From the NCBI GenBank assembly GCA_008632985.1, contig QPGO01000136.1:1-64000 (forward strand): 64,000 bases of DNA. The letters run 5' to 3'. This document shows, piece after piece, positions 44,774-56,218 of the stretch. The position numbers and the translations under genes are program-made. The notes under the pieces were generated by a model that did no database searches, had not been told where the DNA came from, and saw nothing but the letters and a program-made list of their open reading frames with translations. This DNA is from Psammoneis japonica (taxonomy: Eukaryota). Within the stretch, counting starts at the first letter, position 1. Each line of letters begins with the position of its first letter.

Positions 44774-47700
44774 TCACTCTTCCATCTCATCAGTCATCTT
44801 TGTACGCTGTTCTTCCTTCAAGGCATCAAATTCCTCCTCTGATAAAGTCAAGCCTTTGACAAAGAAGCCGTTGCCCTTGCTTGCTAAATCTGGGTACCTT
44901 AAGTGCTGCATGCTGATTCCGACTTCGAACACCAACCAACGAATGAGAAGATGCAAAGACTGAACCGCAGTGCCACTGGTGTCTTTGTAGTCATCACTTG
45001 AACATAGCTCATTCCTGTCATCAGCTGAAAGAATATGGTCTCTCCAAGTCTCTGTCGCATCCCAAGTTAGAATGAGGCTAATTAGGTCCATTCCACCTAC
45101 ATATCCTCTCAGATCAAAGCCGTAAGAGAGCAAAAGCCTCAATACTCGAAACATTTCGTGTGGCAGCTGCAAAGAATACAACTTGATTATGAAACTCGAG
45201 TCAGCAAGAAGGATGTTTTCAAGGCACTTCGCACGAATCGCCTTGGAGGCAAGAATTGCAGCCATTTCTGGTTGGTCCAGCACCCAGCGAGCAAGCTCAT
45301 AAATCTTTTCTATCGCTGCTTTGGTCTGCTTTATGTCTTCTCCTTCGCTGCGAGAGGCAAATAGGGTGAAAATCCTTGAAAAGATGTTGCCAAGTATACC
45401 TCCTCCGCCTTCTGTTCTGGTACTTCCTGGAATGAGTGTGCACGGCAAATGGACTTGCTTTCTTTCTGTATTGAGCAAGTCCGCCATGAGGAGACGTCTA
45501 TCTTCAAAGTACTTTGAAGGGCCTTGCCCACCAATGCAGAAACATACGAATGCCTCGAGGGCTAAGAGCTCTCCAGCCTCAACAATGGCCGTGCTGGCCT
45601 TCCAGAGAAAAAAGAAATCATCTCCTTCCTTTATGTTGTCGTCATGCTTCATGGCAAGTGAAAAGGCCCAGTGAATCAGATTCGAATCTCGTCGCCGAAC
45701 CACCGTATGGAAGAGTAGTCTAACATCCTTATCTCCACACCAGCGATCCGTCAACCAATTAATGTTAGAGATGTTGAAAGCTATCAGAACTTTTTCTCGC
45801 GTTCCCACACCAAGAGGCGCTTCGGGCCCCTCCAATTCGAGTGCTTCCTCCCTTCGGCGGTTGATTTCTGCTTCAATCTCCTCCACACCTTTTCCAGACG
45901 CAATGAGTCGCCCGACTTCATTGTTGATCGATTGTGACTTTCGCACGTCCCTGACACGATCGAGGCGAGCTAGAAGTGGAGCGAAAACGTCCGCCTTCCC
46001 TCGCTCCTCGATAATAGGTCGAAGAGCAAGTGCAGTTGGCCGAAGGAAGGAGCCCCCATCTGCTTCTACAGCAAATAAATCAAACCTGCTTCGTCCATAT
46101 TTGCAAAAAAATGCTTCCATGGTCGAAAACGCAGCGATAACATCAACCCGACCACACTCAATGATGGCAATGACCAAAGCTCTCATATACTCGTTGCTGA
46201 GAGGGTGATCTTCAAACCATTCCTTGCTCGCGTAGATATCCCACACGTTCAAACTACTTGCAACCTGAAGGAACTGTCTCCAATCTCTCTCTCCATTACA
46301 AAGCATTCGCCACAAATTAAACTGATCAGGATTTCTCGCAATCACAAGTGGCGACAATGGCTCAACGACGGGCCGGGCCAACACCTCGTCAAGAGCTGAG
46401 AGTGCCTCATCTGGCGGAATATTGGGAAGCTGCTCACAAGGTTTACTCTGAGGAGGGGTTAATACTTCTTGTGACAAGAACGCCTTGGCATCCGAACGCA
46501 TGGTTGGGTCCACGCTCAAAGAAAGCACAAGCTGGTACCAGTTGGCAGGCACGGCAGATACACCAAGAGACCTCAGAAACTTGAAAAAGAAATTACTGAT
46601 AGGTCCCTCAAAGTGTTTCAGGGAATTCATCAAGAGATAATGCATCGGACTCTGGTCCTCAGTCACTTGTTGAAGACCCAGGATTTGATTTTCTTCGTCG
46701 CTTGGCAACTCTTGGACAAGCTCCAGCTCGTGCTCTTTGTACTCATAATCGTCGCGATCAGGGCTTCGAAGTGGAGCGAGCCCACGCTCTCGTTTCCAAA
46801 ATTGGAGTCGCTTGGCAACATTTTTGTCATCAAGGTTGAGCTCAATGTCATGCATCGAAGTGCCAGAGTTCAAGGAAGGCTCAAAAGTATCGAACGCACT
46901 CCTTTGCAACCTACCATAGAGCATGGATGAATGTCCGTTAAGGCACAGCCAACGTACGACAAGGACCTGATTGTGAGCTATGGCGTGGTGCATGACATTG
47001 ACGTCGCCAGCGTATACGTCATTAGGCTTCACTCCGCACTCCGAAACGAGCCACTGAAAGATGCTAATGGCACCGCTGCATGCCGCGAATGCTAAGAGCG
47101 ATTCGCCAACAGTAATTCCAGTCCGAAACTTTGTAAGGTCAAGGTGAGGCGAATAGGGGCGCTCCCTCCGTTCAGAGACTGTCCTCATCAGTCCATCGGC
47201 CAAATTCAGTGCAAATGCCTCTTGAAGGCTTGGTTTGACTGATTGGCGACAATACGGGCAGTTCGTTTTACCGAGGGTAAACGACAGATTCGGGACTTTC
47301 GAGAGGACTTTGTGTGTCAGTGCATCTGCATTATCCGTCGAGCTAGATTCAGCAGCCCCGTCTCGCAGCTCAGGGAAAACATACCAAAAGAGACATCTGT
47401 GATGAAAAGAATGACCGCACCTGAGCTTGTATGGGTTGGCCATGGCTTCCAAACAGATCGAGCATTGATTGTCCTCATCGTCCGTCATGGCCCTGTCGCC
47501 AGCTTCATCCGAAGCAGAAATATTTGTGACTGGGCAAAGAAGTGGCATGTCAAGGTCGAGAAATGAGCTTTGATTGGCGGTCTCATCGGCACTGCTTCTT
47601 TGCTTTGTGAGGTACCGAAAGAACGACAGATGATCGAGGACAACGAACTTCGCCAAGCTCGGGAGATCTGCCGAGAGGAAATCGGGGTCTTCGTCGTAGA

Positions 47701-49288
47701 TAGTTTCCATGAAATAGCCCAAAAGCTTCGCTTGTTCGGATTCTTCGAAATCACTCAGCGGCAATGTACATGCCATTTTGATTGCGGTAAAGATCTTGGG
47801 CGGAACACTGCACCACATTTTGCGGTCTTTGTTAGCCTCTGGGGCCTGATCGTGAATTTTTCTCCAAGCCAAGTGAGGGTCGAATCGATGGCCTTCGCCT
47901 AAGTCCACACTCCAAAGAAAGTCGTTGATTCTCGAGCTTTCGTGGGCTGGATCAGAGCTACAGCCACGAGACCCCATGGTTGTCAAAATGACCTCCTTTG
48001 CCCCATTGTAGTGAGGAGGCGTCTCCTCATCGACGGTAAACACCTTGTCACGAATCCAACCAATCAGTGCGGTTTCCATGATTTTATCGGCATTGCGAAG
48101 ATACCACTCGCCATAATAGTTTGCAGGTTTTGCCGAAAACAACGATGGCGGAGCCTTCCAATACATCAGAAGCCACATGGCAGTATCGACGCATCCAGAG
48201 CCGACGGCCATGTCAAGTAAATCAAAAAAAGCACAACTTTCCTTATCCGATCTCTCTGATATGTATTGTTTGATGTCAAACGAAGATAGTGTTGTATCCC
48301 ACCAAGGAGTAAAGACGCCTTTGAACTGAGTCTGCATCGATTCAAGGCTCAGACGTTTTGCCATAACATTTGGTTTGTCCGCCTCAAACGAAAGCTCTAT
48401 TAGAGCCTGTTGCAAGTGGATCGGCCGCGCCCACCTATCAATGACCATGCAGACATGATCGTTTGCCTCCAACCTCGCATCAAGAATCGCAAGTGCAGCA
48501 AGCATGCGATTGGAAAAGCTCGCAAGAGCAGAAAGAGCGTTATCAGAAAGGATCGTGTTTTGGCCTTCTAAATCATATGAAGTGGCATCTCCATATTTGA
48601 TGACCCGTTGCCTGAGCTCTCGTATCGGTCGGTTTCCCCCTCGAAAGTCTTCCACCAATTCCTTGATTCCAAGTCGTCCGAAGTAGCTGCCCAAGTCCGA
48701 AATGATGACAGAATAGTCGAATTCACTAACGGTGTTGACAAAGGCAAAGATAACTCTCATATTTCCTCGACAAATCGCCAAGGAAAAGGGTGTCTCGGAT
48801 TTCTTGTTGCAGGATCCAGCCAAGTGTCTGAGCAAGTTCCACCCACGCTCCTCCTCTTGCTTTTGCGTAAAGTACTTCAAGAGCCATCGCACGATTTTGA
48901 ATCTCCCCGACATGACAGCCAAGTGAACAAGGCCATTCCCTTGATCGTCAGTCACATTCATGGACACTGGAGGGGGAGAACTTGGTGATGATTCCGCCGG
49001 CGGACAAAGCAGCTCGCGAACGAGGTAAACGTATCCACGACGTGCAGCTTCTAGAAGTAAACGTTCACGCAGTGCCGCAGAATTTGGGCTGCTGCTGAGG
49101 GATGGATGACTAGCCATTTCAGATCGGATCCTCTCAAGGCCATCGCTTTCGACAACTGCTGCTGCTGCTGCTGTGGATTTGGCGGCGCCCCACAATAAGG
49201 ACTGTCTCGGAAGCGCGAGGAGCTCACGATATTTGGCCAGGACTGACTTGATGGGCCACGGGAGAACCTCGGAAACTTCTGCCATCAT
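44774..49288 (-). CDS. Large ankyrin-repeat plus RING-H2 protein (putative E3 ubiquitin ligase), 1504 aa, single ORF
   Basis: Ankyrin-like DDQGNGLVHLAVMSGRFKIVRWLL, ETPFSLAI, GESLLAFAACSG and NVMHHAIAHNQ. RING text CSICLEAMANPYKLRCGHSFHHRC...CPYCR. Confidence 0.8.
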   Translation of the reverse strand: MMAEVSEVLPWPIKSVLAKYRELLALPRQSLLWGAAKSTAAAAAVVESDGLERIRSEMASHPSLSSSPNSAALRERLLLEAARRGYVYLVRELLCPPAESSPSSPPPVSMNVTDDQGNGLVHLAVMSGRFKIVRWLLKYFTQKQEEERGWNLLRHLAGSCNKKSETPFSLAICRGNMRVIFAFVNTVSEFDYSVIISDLGSYFGRLGIKELVEDFRGGNRPIRELRQRVIKYGDATSYDLEGQNTILSDNALSALASFSNRMLAALAILDARLEANDHVCMVIDRWARPIHLQQALIELSFEADKPNVMAKRLSLESMQTQFKGVFTPWWDTTLSSFDIKQYISERSDKESCAFFDLLDMAVGSGCVDTAMWLLMYWKAPPSLFSAKPANYYGEWYLRNADKIMETALIGWIRDKVFTVDEETPPHYNGAKEVILTTMGSRGCSSDPAHESSRINDFLWSVDLGEGHRFDPHLAWRKIHDQAPEANKDRKMWCSVPPKIFTAIKMACTLPLSDFEESEQAKLLGYFMETIYDEDPDFLSADLPSLAKFVVLDHLSFFRYLTKQRSSADETANQSSFLDLDMPLLCPVTNISASDEAGDRAMTDDEDNQCSICLEAMANPYKLRCGHSFHHRCLFWYVFPELRDGAAESSSTDNADALTHKVLSKVPNLSFTLGKTNCPYCRQSVKPSLQEAFALNLADGLMRTVSERRERPYSPHLDLTKFRTGITVGESLLAFAACSGAISIFQWLVSECGVKPNDVYAGDVNVMHHAIAHNQVLVVRWLCLNGHSSMLYGRLQRSAFDTFEPSLNSGTSMHDIELNLDDKNVAKRLQFWKRERGLAPLRSPDRDDYEYKEHELELVQELPSDEENQILGLQQVTEDQSPMHYLLMNSLKHFEGPISNFFFKFLRSLGVSAVPANWYQLVLSLSVDPTMRSDAKAFLSQEVLTPPQSKPCEQLPNIPPDEALSALDEVLARPVVEPLSPLVIARNPDQFNLWRMLCNGERDWRQFLQVASSLNVWDIYASKEWFEDHPLSNEYMRALVIAIIECGRVDVIAAFSTMEAFFCKYGRSRFDLFAVEADGGSFLRPTALALRPIIEERGKADVFAPLLARLDRVRDVRKSQSINNEVGRLIASGKGVEEIEAEINRRREEALELEGPEAPLGVGTREKVLIAFNISNINWLTDRWCGDKDVRLLFHTVVRRRDSNLIHWAFSLAMKHDDNIKEGDDFFFLWKASTAIVEAGELLALEAFVCFCIGGQGPSKYFEDRRLLMADLLNTERKQVHLPCTLIPGSTRTEGGGGILGNIFSRIFTLFASRSEGEDIKQTKAAIEKIYELARWVLDQPEMAAILASKAIRAKCLENILLADSSFIIKLYSLQLPHEMFRVLRLLLSYGFDLRGYVGGMDLISLILTWDATETWRDHILSADDRNELCSSDDYKDTSGTAVQSLHLLIRWLVFEVGISMQHLRYPDLASKGNGFFVKGLTLSEEEFDALKEEQRTKMTDEMEE

Positions 49289-49775
49289 GGTTGAGTGATC
49301 AGAGCAAAGGATTCCAACAACTAGTAGCTCTAGTTGGGCTGCGAATATAAGTCGTCAAGCATGAATAGAGTTTCGCGTTTCAGCTTTTCTTTTTCCCGGT
49401 GGTAGGCAGGGGGGAGTGTGCATCCCGCCCCTTCCGTGGCCGTGAGGAGTGAGTCGTCGCATGTAGACTAAGGTACTGTACACGGTACGTAGGTGTTTAT
49501 CGTGAACGCACACCACCTACATACAGTATGATATGGTACTATACCGATGAGGGGGGCTACCCCTCACGTATCATTAGTGATGATGCCATTTTCAATTTAA
49601 AGCACCACGCACCACAGCAATATTAACACAATGTGAACACGGGCGAGATGGGGATGATGCTTCCTGCGAACAGACAGTAGCTTGGAGACCCAATGGGCGA
49701 CGGTGGCTCACAACCAACAGATGATATTCAACTAATAAAGCACTACCGACGAGCAACGGAGACTATCTATCAAGA

Positions 49776-51834
49776 ATGTTTCGCCGCAAGACTGCTTCAT
49801 ACATGGGAGATATTCTCACTCACACCACCCATGCTGTGCTCCAACCAAGAGCACAAGTCGTAAGGCGAATACCGACAAGCCACGGAATGCGCTTCGCTGT
49901 TACGAGTGGACAGCATGTCCCTACCAGGAGCTTCAGTACAAATAATATCAAATCATTCGGCAAACCGCCGCATCGCCAGCAGAATACCAAGGGGAAGCAT
50001 TGGAGAATGCCAATGTTCAAAAACCTCAATAGGGTTTCAGATGTGCTCGACATATATAAGTCCAACGGGTCACGAATGATTCCGAAAGACATTTCACTTT
50101 GTTGGAACCGTATTGCCACAATCGTATCGAGCAGCAGCAAAGAGCGAAACGAACTGCGAAAAAGAAGTCGCGATATCCAACGCTTGCTGGTACGAACCAT
50201 GAAGGATATTGACAGCTTCGACCCCGCACCGCTAGCGTCATCGATACACGGTCTCGCCAAAATGTCGGATGCTTGCAGGTACAAAATAGACCGGAAAGTA
50301 TGGGACGATTTGGAACACAGAACGATCCTTGTTTTGGATGACATGTCCCCAAGGGAAATTTCCAACATTACTTGGGCATTTGCAAAGGCTCGTCATACGA
50401 CCAACGCTTTGTTTGACATGGTGGCTCAAGCCTCTGTTCCAAAGATTCGCATGTTCAATCCTCAAGACCTTTCCAACATGGCTTTGGCATACGCAATAGT
50501 GGGACTCTCATCGCCAGTCCTGTTTGACGCAATAGCCGACGCATCTCTGAATCGGTTGGATACGTTCAAACCGCAAGCGCTTTCCAACATGGCATGGGCA
50601 TTTGCCACCGTCGGTCATCCAACGCCGAAACTTTTTGATGCCATTGCAGAGGCAGCAGCTTCACGGATAAACAGCTTCAAGCCGCAACAGCTGTCAAACA
50701 CGGCATGGGCGTATGCCACCATGGAACATTCAGCGCCGTTGCTTTTTGATGCGATAAGTAATGCAGCAGCAACTAGAATCGAGAGTTTTGACCCTCAAGC
50801 CCTTTCAAATACGGCATGGGCTTTTGCTACCGTTTGTCACTCAGCACCAGTACTTTTCGATGCCATTGCTGATTCGGCCGTAACAAGATTGGATACGTTC
50901 GACGCACAAGCGATTGCGAACACGGCGTGGGCATACGCTACCATGAATCACTCAGCGCCTTTGCTTTTTGATGCCATAGCTGAGGAATCAGTATCAAGAT
51001 TGGACAGTTTCAACCCCCAAAACCTAGCAAACACCGCATGGGCTTTTGCTACCTTTCGATATTCGGCGCCGTCGCTTTTTGATGCTATTGCTGCCCAAGC
51101 TATATCAAGGTTGGATGACTTTAGTCCACAAAACCTAGCCAATACAGTATGGGCCTACGCTACTGCTGGGCACTCTGCACCGTCGCTTTTTCATGCTGTA
51201 GCCGAGGCGGCGGTGTCGAAATTGGACAAGTTCACCACGCAAAACCTCGCAAACATGGTGTGGGCGTACGCGGTTTGTGACCAATTCAGTGAAATTCTAT
51301 TGGGAGATCAATCACCCTATATCAAGGCCTTCAACCCAAAAGCTTCCTATTTATCTGCACAGCATTTGAGCCAACTCCATCAAGTTCACCTTTGGTGTCT
51401 TGAGCATGGACGTTCGCTGCCGCTTGATTGCGGCTTACAACAGAAGTGTCGAGACGCTTTTGTTGAACAACAAGGCAATCCATCCAAGCTGCAAAAGGAT
51501 GTTATCAAGACTCTTTCGGACCTTGGACTCGACCCAAAGGAAGAATTCCGAATGGGTATAGGCTACAGCTTGGATGCAGTAGTTAGGTATCGCAATCGAG
51601 ACGTCGCCGTTGAAGTGGACGGACCAAGCCACTTTCTTTCTGATCGATCCCCGACAGGGTCTACGATTCTAAAACGATCGCCAGCTTGCGAGATTGGAAA
51701 ATTACAGTGTGGTGTCGGTGCCTTATTGGAAATGGAATGCTGTTGCAAAAAGGGGCACGAATTCAGAATCAGTTCGAGAATTGCGTAAAAAGTACTTGTT
51801 GGAGATCCTAGATCAAGCGACTGTGAAAACTTAG
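49776..51834 (+). CDS. HPR/OPR-repeat RAP-domain protein, copy 2 (9 repeats; frameshifting in the last ~150 nt)
   Basis: ORF 49776-51788 has a transit-like N-terminus, 37-aa repeats and the RAP motif VAVEVDGPSHF. The paralog-like C-terminus LRKKYLLEILDQATVKT* ends at 51834 in another frame. Confidence 0.9.
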
Positions 51835-51911
51835 GTTGGAAAAAAAAGAAAAACGAAGGGTTGTCTATCAGCTTCTCTCTACCGCACAATGATGCAAAAG
51901 AAACGTTTGTA

Positions 51912-51990
51912 CAAGCTACTCGACGCGGAAACTCTATATTATAGCCGCGACTTGAATGTGACTCGGTACGATGTGTGGACGAGACGACGG
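51912..51990 (+). pseudogene. 79-bp relic of the NO66/RIOX1 coding sequence
   Basis: CAAGCTACTCGACGCGGAAACTCT...GACGACGG aligns to the reverse complement of 9671-9747 (KLLDAETLYYSRDLNVTRY versus KLLDTETLCYGRDLNVTRY). Confidence 0.9.
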
Positions 51991-52088
51991 CACTTTCTCT
52001 CTGAATCCTGCACTTTTGACTGTCGTTCACAAAACAAAGGATCCCACAAGTCCTCAGCAACGGCGCGGCCTCTAGCTAGATGACGAGG

Positions 52089-53260
52089 TGTAGGCGAGAA
52101 TTTCTCTCTCGTAGGACTTGCAATTCTTGCTCAAATCAAACTGCTTCACCGCGTTCTCTTTTCCTTTGACGCACACCTCAAAGATGTCGCCATTGCGGCC
52201 GGTGGCCAAATGCCTTTTGTCGCATAAATCCTCAAAAGGGACATGAGGGACAAAGTCCTGCTTCACCAATGCAAAGTGCATCCCAAAGATTGACTTCGGG
52301 GTCTCCATTCTCTCGAGATTTGGTGAAACTGTCTCTTGAAGGTCATTGCCGTCGAACGATGTGACTCTCTTGGATGCCACACTCGCTTGTTGGATGTCTT
52401 GAAGCATTTGCCAGGAATGCATCTGACAAAAAAGACCCCAGCAACCATTCTTTGTTGTCTTTTTGGACCCAGTGCTGTCAGCTTCATCATCATTTTCATT
52501 CTCATCGCCATCGCCACCATCAGTGTTGTCATCCCCAAGTGGGGACAGGCGCTGCTCTGCTTTGTGCTTGGGTTTTTGGTTTTGAAACACATCCATCACT
52601 GCATCTTGTCATGATGTTGCCACCAGCTGCACTCAGAATCAAGAGGTTGTGGCCAGCTTTTGCTTCCACCATCAGTGCTGGAAGAACATTGCCAACCCCT
52701 GGATCCTCTGATTCTTGCACACAAACAATGTGTCACGAAGACCCACAACTGCAACTTCGCCAGCCATGCACGCTTGGAGAGGTTCCCAAACAGTGTCTGT
52801 CAAGAGTGCTTTTTTCATTTTTTCATCACACATGCATCCATTGTGGGAAACAGATCTAGAGATTGAATCTGGAACATTTCCTGCAACATGACCACCTGTG
52901 ATTCCAAAGGGTTTGTCGAGCATCTGCTCTGGCAGGTGGTGTCGACCGCTTCTCTGCTCCTTCATCTCGCTGCAAGCAGACACCTTTCCAATGAAAAATC
53001 ACAGTGGTGAGACAGATCTGCTGACACTTCTTCTTGTGTCATGCACCATGACAAGGGAACATTGGATCTCATCTCATCAACAAACTGTTTTCTTTTCACA
53101 TGCCAGCAAGCATTTCTGGCTTTGTTTTCCTCAGCAGCAGTCCACTGCAGCTCAGCACTTGAAGGATCACAAAACTCTTTCGAAAAGACATCACATTCCT
53201 TCATGCCATCAATCTTCTGTTTCAAAGCTTGTGCAGCCATTGCTGCGTCCATCCGTGCTG
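52089..53260 (-). pseudogene. Second copy of the kinase-like pseudogene, TpA-depleted
   Basis: FEDLCDKRHLATGRNGDIFEVCVKGKENAVKQFDLSKN and AQALKQKIDG match 6200-7733 in inverted orientation. Confidence 0.7.
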
Positions 53261-53415
53261 TGTGCCATGGTGAATCCAAAATCAAAATTTTGCCGCGGGG
53301 TTGGTGTTTTTGTGCAAAAGTGTGCAAAAGGTGAGTTCTGTCACATGACGGTGAGAGAGACTTTGATCACAGCCTCTTTGGCAATGAGAGTTGCTCAAGA
53401 ACAGAGCTGTCACCA

Positions 53416-56218
53416 ATGATGCTGTCCTCGAGAGCTTCCATGTACACTGGCTGTGGGTTTCGACAAAGGGCCGCAACAAAAGTGGGAGTCGTTCTCGTCC
53501 ATCCCATCCAACTGGTGTCACTGCCAAATTCCAGTGGCATTGCAACTCGACAACTGCCATTGAGCCACAAGATGTGGCGCATTGTTTTGACTGGACGACA
53601 TTGCCGGACTGGGAGCTCTGCTGATGATTCGTTCAACTTCCCACAGAAACAAAAGAAGAAAAAGCGAGTTCAATGGAGGCCACCAAATTCAAACAATCTC
53701 AACAGGGTTTCACAAGTGCTGGACGTTCATGAGGCTCACAGGGCAAAAATGAGCCCAAGAGATGTTTCAATGTGCTGGAACTGCATTTGCAAAATTACAT
53801 TGCACAACAGGCAAGAGCAAAAAAGCATTTGAGAGAACGAGCAGCAGCTGCGGTGCCTGATCGAACATTCTGCTCAGACCATCAGAGGCTTTTGCAACAA
53901 GTTGCTTGCAATGGCTGTTCACAGCATCTCCAAAATGTCAAAAATGTGCAGGTGCACAATGGACCGAGATGCATGGAACGCTTTGGAGGAGAGAACACTT
54001 TCTGTTTTGTGTGACATGTCTCCAACAGACATTTCCAAAATTGCGCGGGCATTTGCCACGGTTTGGCATGCGTCAAAGACATTGCTTGACAAGGTTGCTC
54101 ATGTCTCTGCTGCAAAGACGAGCAACTTCAGCCCTCAAAGCCTGGCGAACACGACGTGGGCCTGTGCCACAGTTGGACACTCAGCACCGTTGCTCTTTGA
54201 TGCTGTTTCCAAAGAAGCAATGCCAAGATTGGGCACTTTCAACCCTCAAGCAATGGCGAACACAGCATGGGCCCATGCCACAGTTGGACACTCAGCTCCA
54301 TTGCTTTTTGATGCCATTGCTGAAGAAGCAAAATCAAGCTTGAGCAGCTTCAACCCTCAAGTGACAGCAAACACGGCATGGGCCTTTGCCACAGTTGGAC
54401 ACTCAGTGCCGTCGCTCTTTGATGCTGTTGCTGAAGAAGCAATGCCAAGATTGGACAATTTCAACCCTCAAGACACAGCAAACACGGCATGGGCCTGTGC
54501 TGCCGTTGGGCACTTGGCACCGTTGCTTTTCGATGCTGTTGCTGAAGAAGCAAAATCAAGCTCAAGGTGGCACGAGACGAAAATTGTGAAAATCGTTTTC
54601 GCGCGCATTTTCATTGAAAATCACAGGAATCAGGAATCTGTCATCAGACAAAAGCATTGTGTCTTGTCAGCGAATCACATGGGTCAGCATGCGCGCGATT
54701 GCAAGTGTGTCGCTCAACGGAAATTCCGTTTTGGCGAATCGCTCATTTGTTGCCTCGTTCTCTGTGTCGTCTTTGAAAGGCCATGAAAGGCACTTCCAAG
54801 ACGAAAACACTTGTGAATTCAAGCATGCAGACACTTCTCTGCTGTCTCAGCTTCCTGCCGAGTGAAAGAAACTGCACCTTTTGACACTTTTTCCTGTCCA
54901 AGCATCTAATTCAAAAACTCAGGGCGAAAAACCAGGACCTTTCTTTTGCTGACAGGAACATCTTGTTGACACAATCTCGAAACTTGCAGTTTCTTTCCAC
55001 AGGCAAGTCAAGGAGACACCAACTGAGAATGCAGGACACTTGGTTGAAGGAAACGCAGCATTTGACAGCGTCCTGGGACAAGCCGAAGTGCGGCCATCGC
55101 TTTGTGTAGAAATGTGTAGAAATCACACCAGAAAAAATTCCAAACAATTTTCGTCTCGTGCCACCTTAAACCATTTCAGCCCTCAAGTGATTGCAAACAC
55201 GGCATGGGCCCATGCCACCATTGGGCACTTGGCCCCATCACTTTTCAATGCTGTTTCCACAGAAGCAATGCCAAGGTTGGACAATTTCAATCCTCAAGAC
55301 ATGTCAAACACGGCATGGGCACATGCCACTGTTGGTCACTCGGCGCCGTCGCTCTTTGATGCCATTGCTGAAGAAGCAATGCCAAGATTGGACAATTTCA
55401 ACCCCCAAGACATGTCAAACACGGCATGGGCCAATGCCACTGTTGGACACTCAGCGCCATTGCTTTTTGATGCCATTGCGGAAGAAGCAATGCCAAGATT
55501 GGACAATTTCAACCTGCAAGACACAGCAAACACGGCATGGGCCCACGCCACAGTCGGACACTCGGCCCCGTCACTTTTTCATGCCGCAGCTGAAGCAGCG
55601 GTGTCAAAATTGGGCAGTTTCACCCCGCAAGGCCTTGCAAACATGGTGTGGGCGCACGCGGTTTGTGACCAATGCTGTGACATTTCAATGGGAGATTCAT
55701 CGCCGTTTGCAAAGGCCTTCAGCTCAAATGCTGCCTTTTTGTCTGCAGAGAATTTAGGGCAACTCCATCAAGTGCGCCTTTGGTGTCTTGAGCATGGAAG
55801 TTCGCTGCACCTTGATTACAACTTACAACAGAGGTGCCGAGCGGCTTTTGTTGAAAAACAAGGCAATCCATCCAAGTTGCAAAAGGATGTTGTCAAGACT
55901 CTTTTGGACCTTGGACTCGACCCAAAGGAAGAATTCCGGACAGATGTGGGTTACAGCTTGGATGCAGTGGTCAGGTATCGCAATCGAGACGTCGCCGTTG
56001 AAGTGGACAGGCCAAGCCACTTTCTTTCTGATCGATCACCGACTGGGTCTATGATTCTAAAACATCGCCAGCTTGCGAGATTGGAAAATTATAGGGTGGT
56101 GTCGGTGCCTTATTGGGAGTGGAATGCTGTTGCAGAAAAGGACTCGAATACAAAGTCAGTTCGAGAATGGCGCAAAAAGTACCTGTTGGAGATCCTCGAT
56201 CAAGCGATTGAAAGTTAG
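53416..56218 (+). pseudogene. HPR/OPR-RAP copy 3 (10 repeats): hypermutated, with a nonsense codon and a MITE insertion
   Basis: The N-terminus matches copy 1 (MMLSSRAS...). CGA->TGA stop at 53830-53832, Y->H/C and I->M/T changes throughout, an insertion at 54566-55165, and the RAP motif changed to EVDRPSHF. Confidence 0.9.
54566..55165. mobile_element. 600-bp non-autonomous DNA transposon (MITE) with perfect 22-bp TIRs and a TTAA target; Kolobok-like GG...CC ends
   Basis: GGTGGCACGAGACGAAAATTGT (54566-54587) and ACAATTTTCGTCTCGTGCCACC (55144-55165). Flanks are TCAA (54562-54565) and TTAA (55166-55169). A corresponding repeat in copy 1 reads TCAAGCTTAAAC without an insertion. Confidence 0.92.

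Noticed and set aside
54566..55165. piggyBac classification of the MITE
   Set aside because: The TTAA target fits, but the ends are GG...CC rather than the CC...GG typical of piggyBac.
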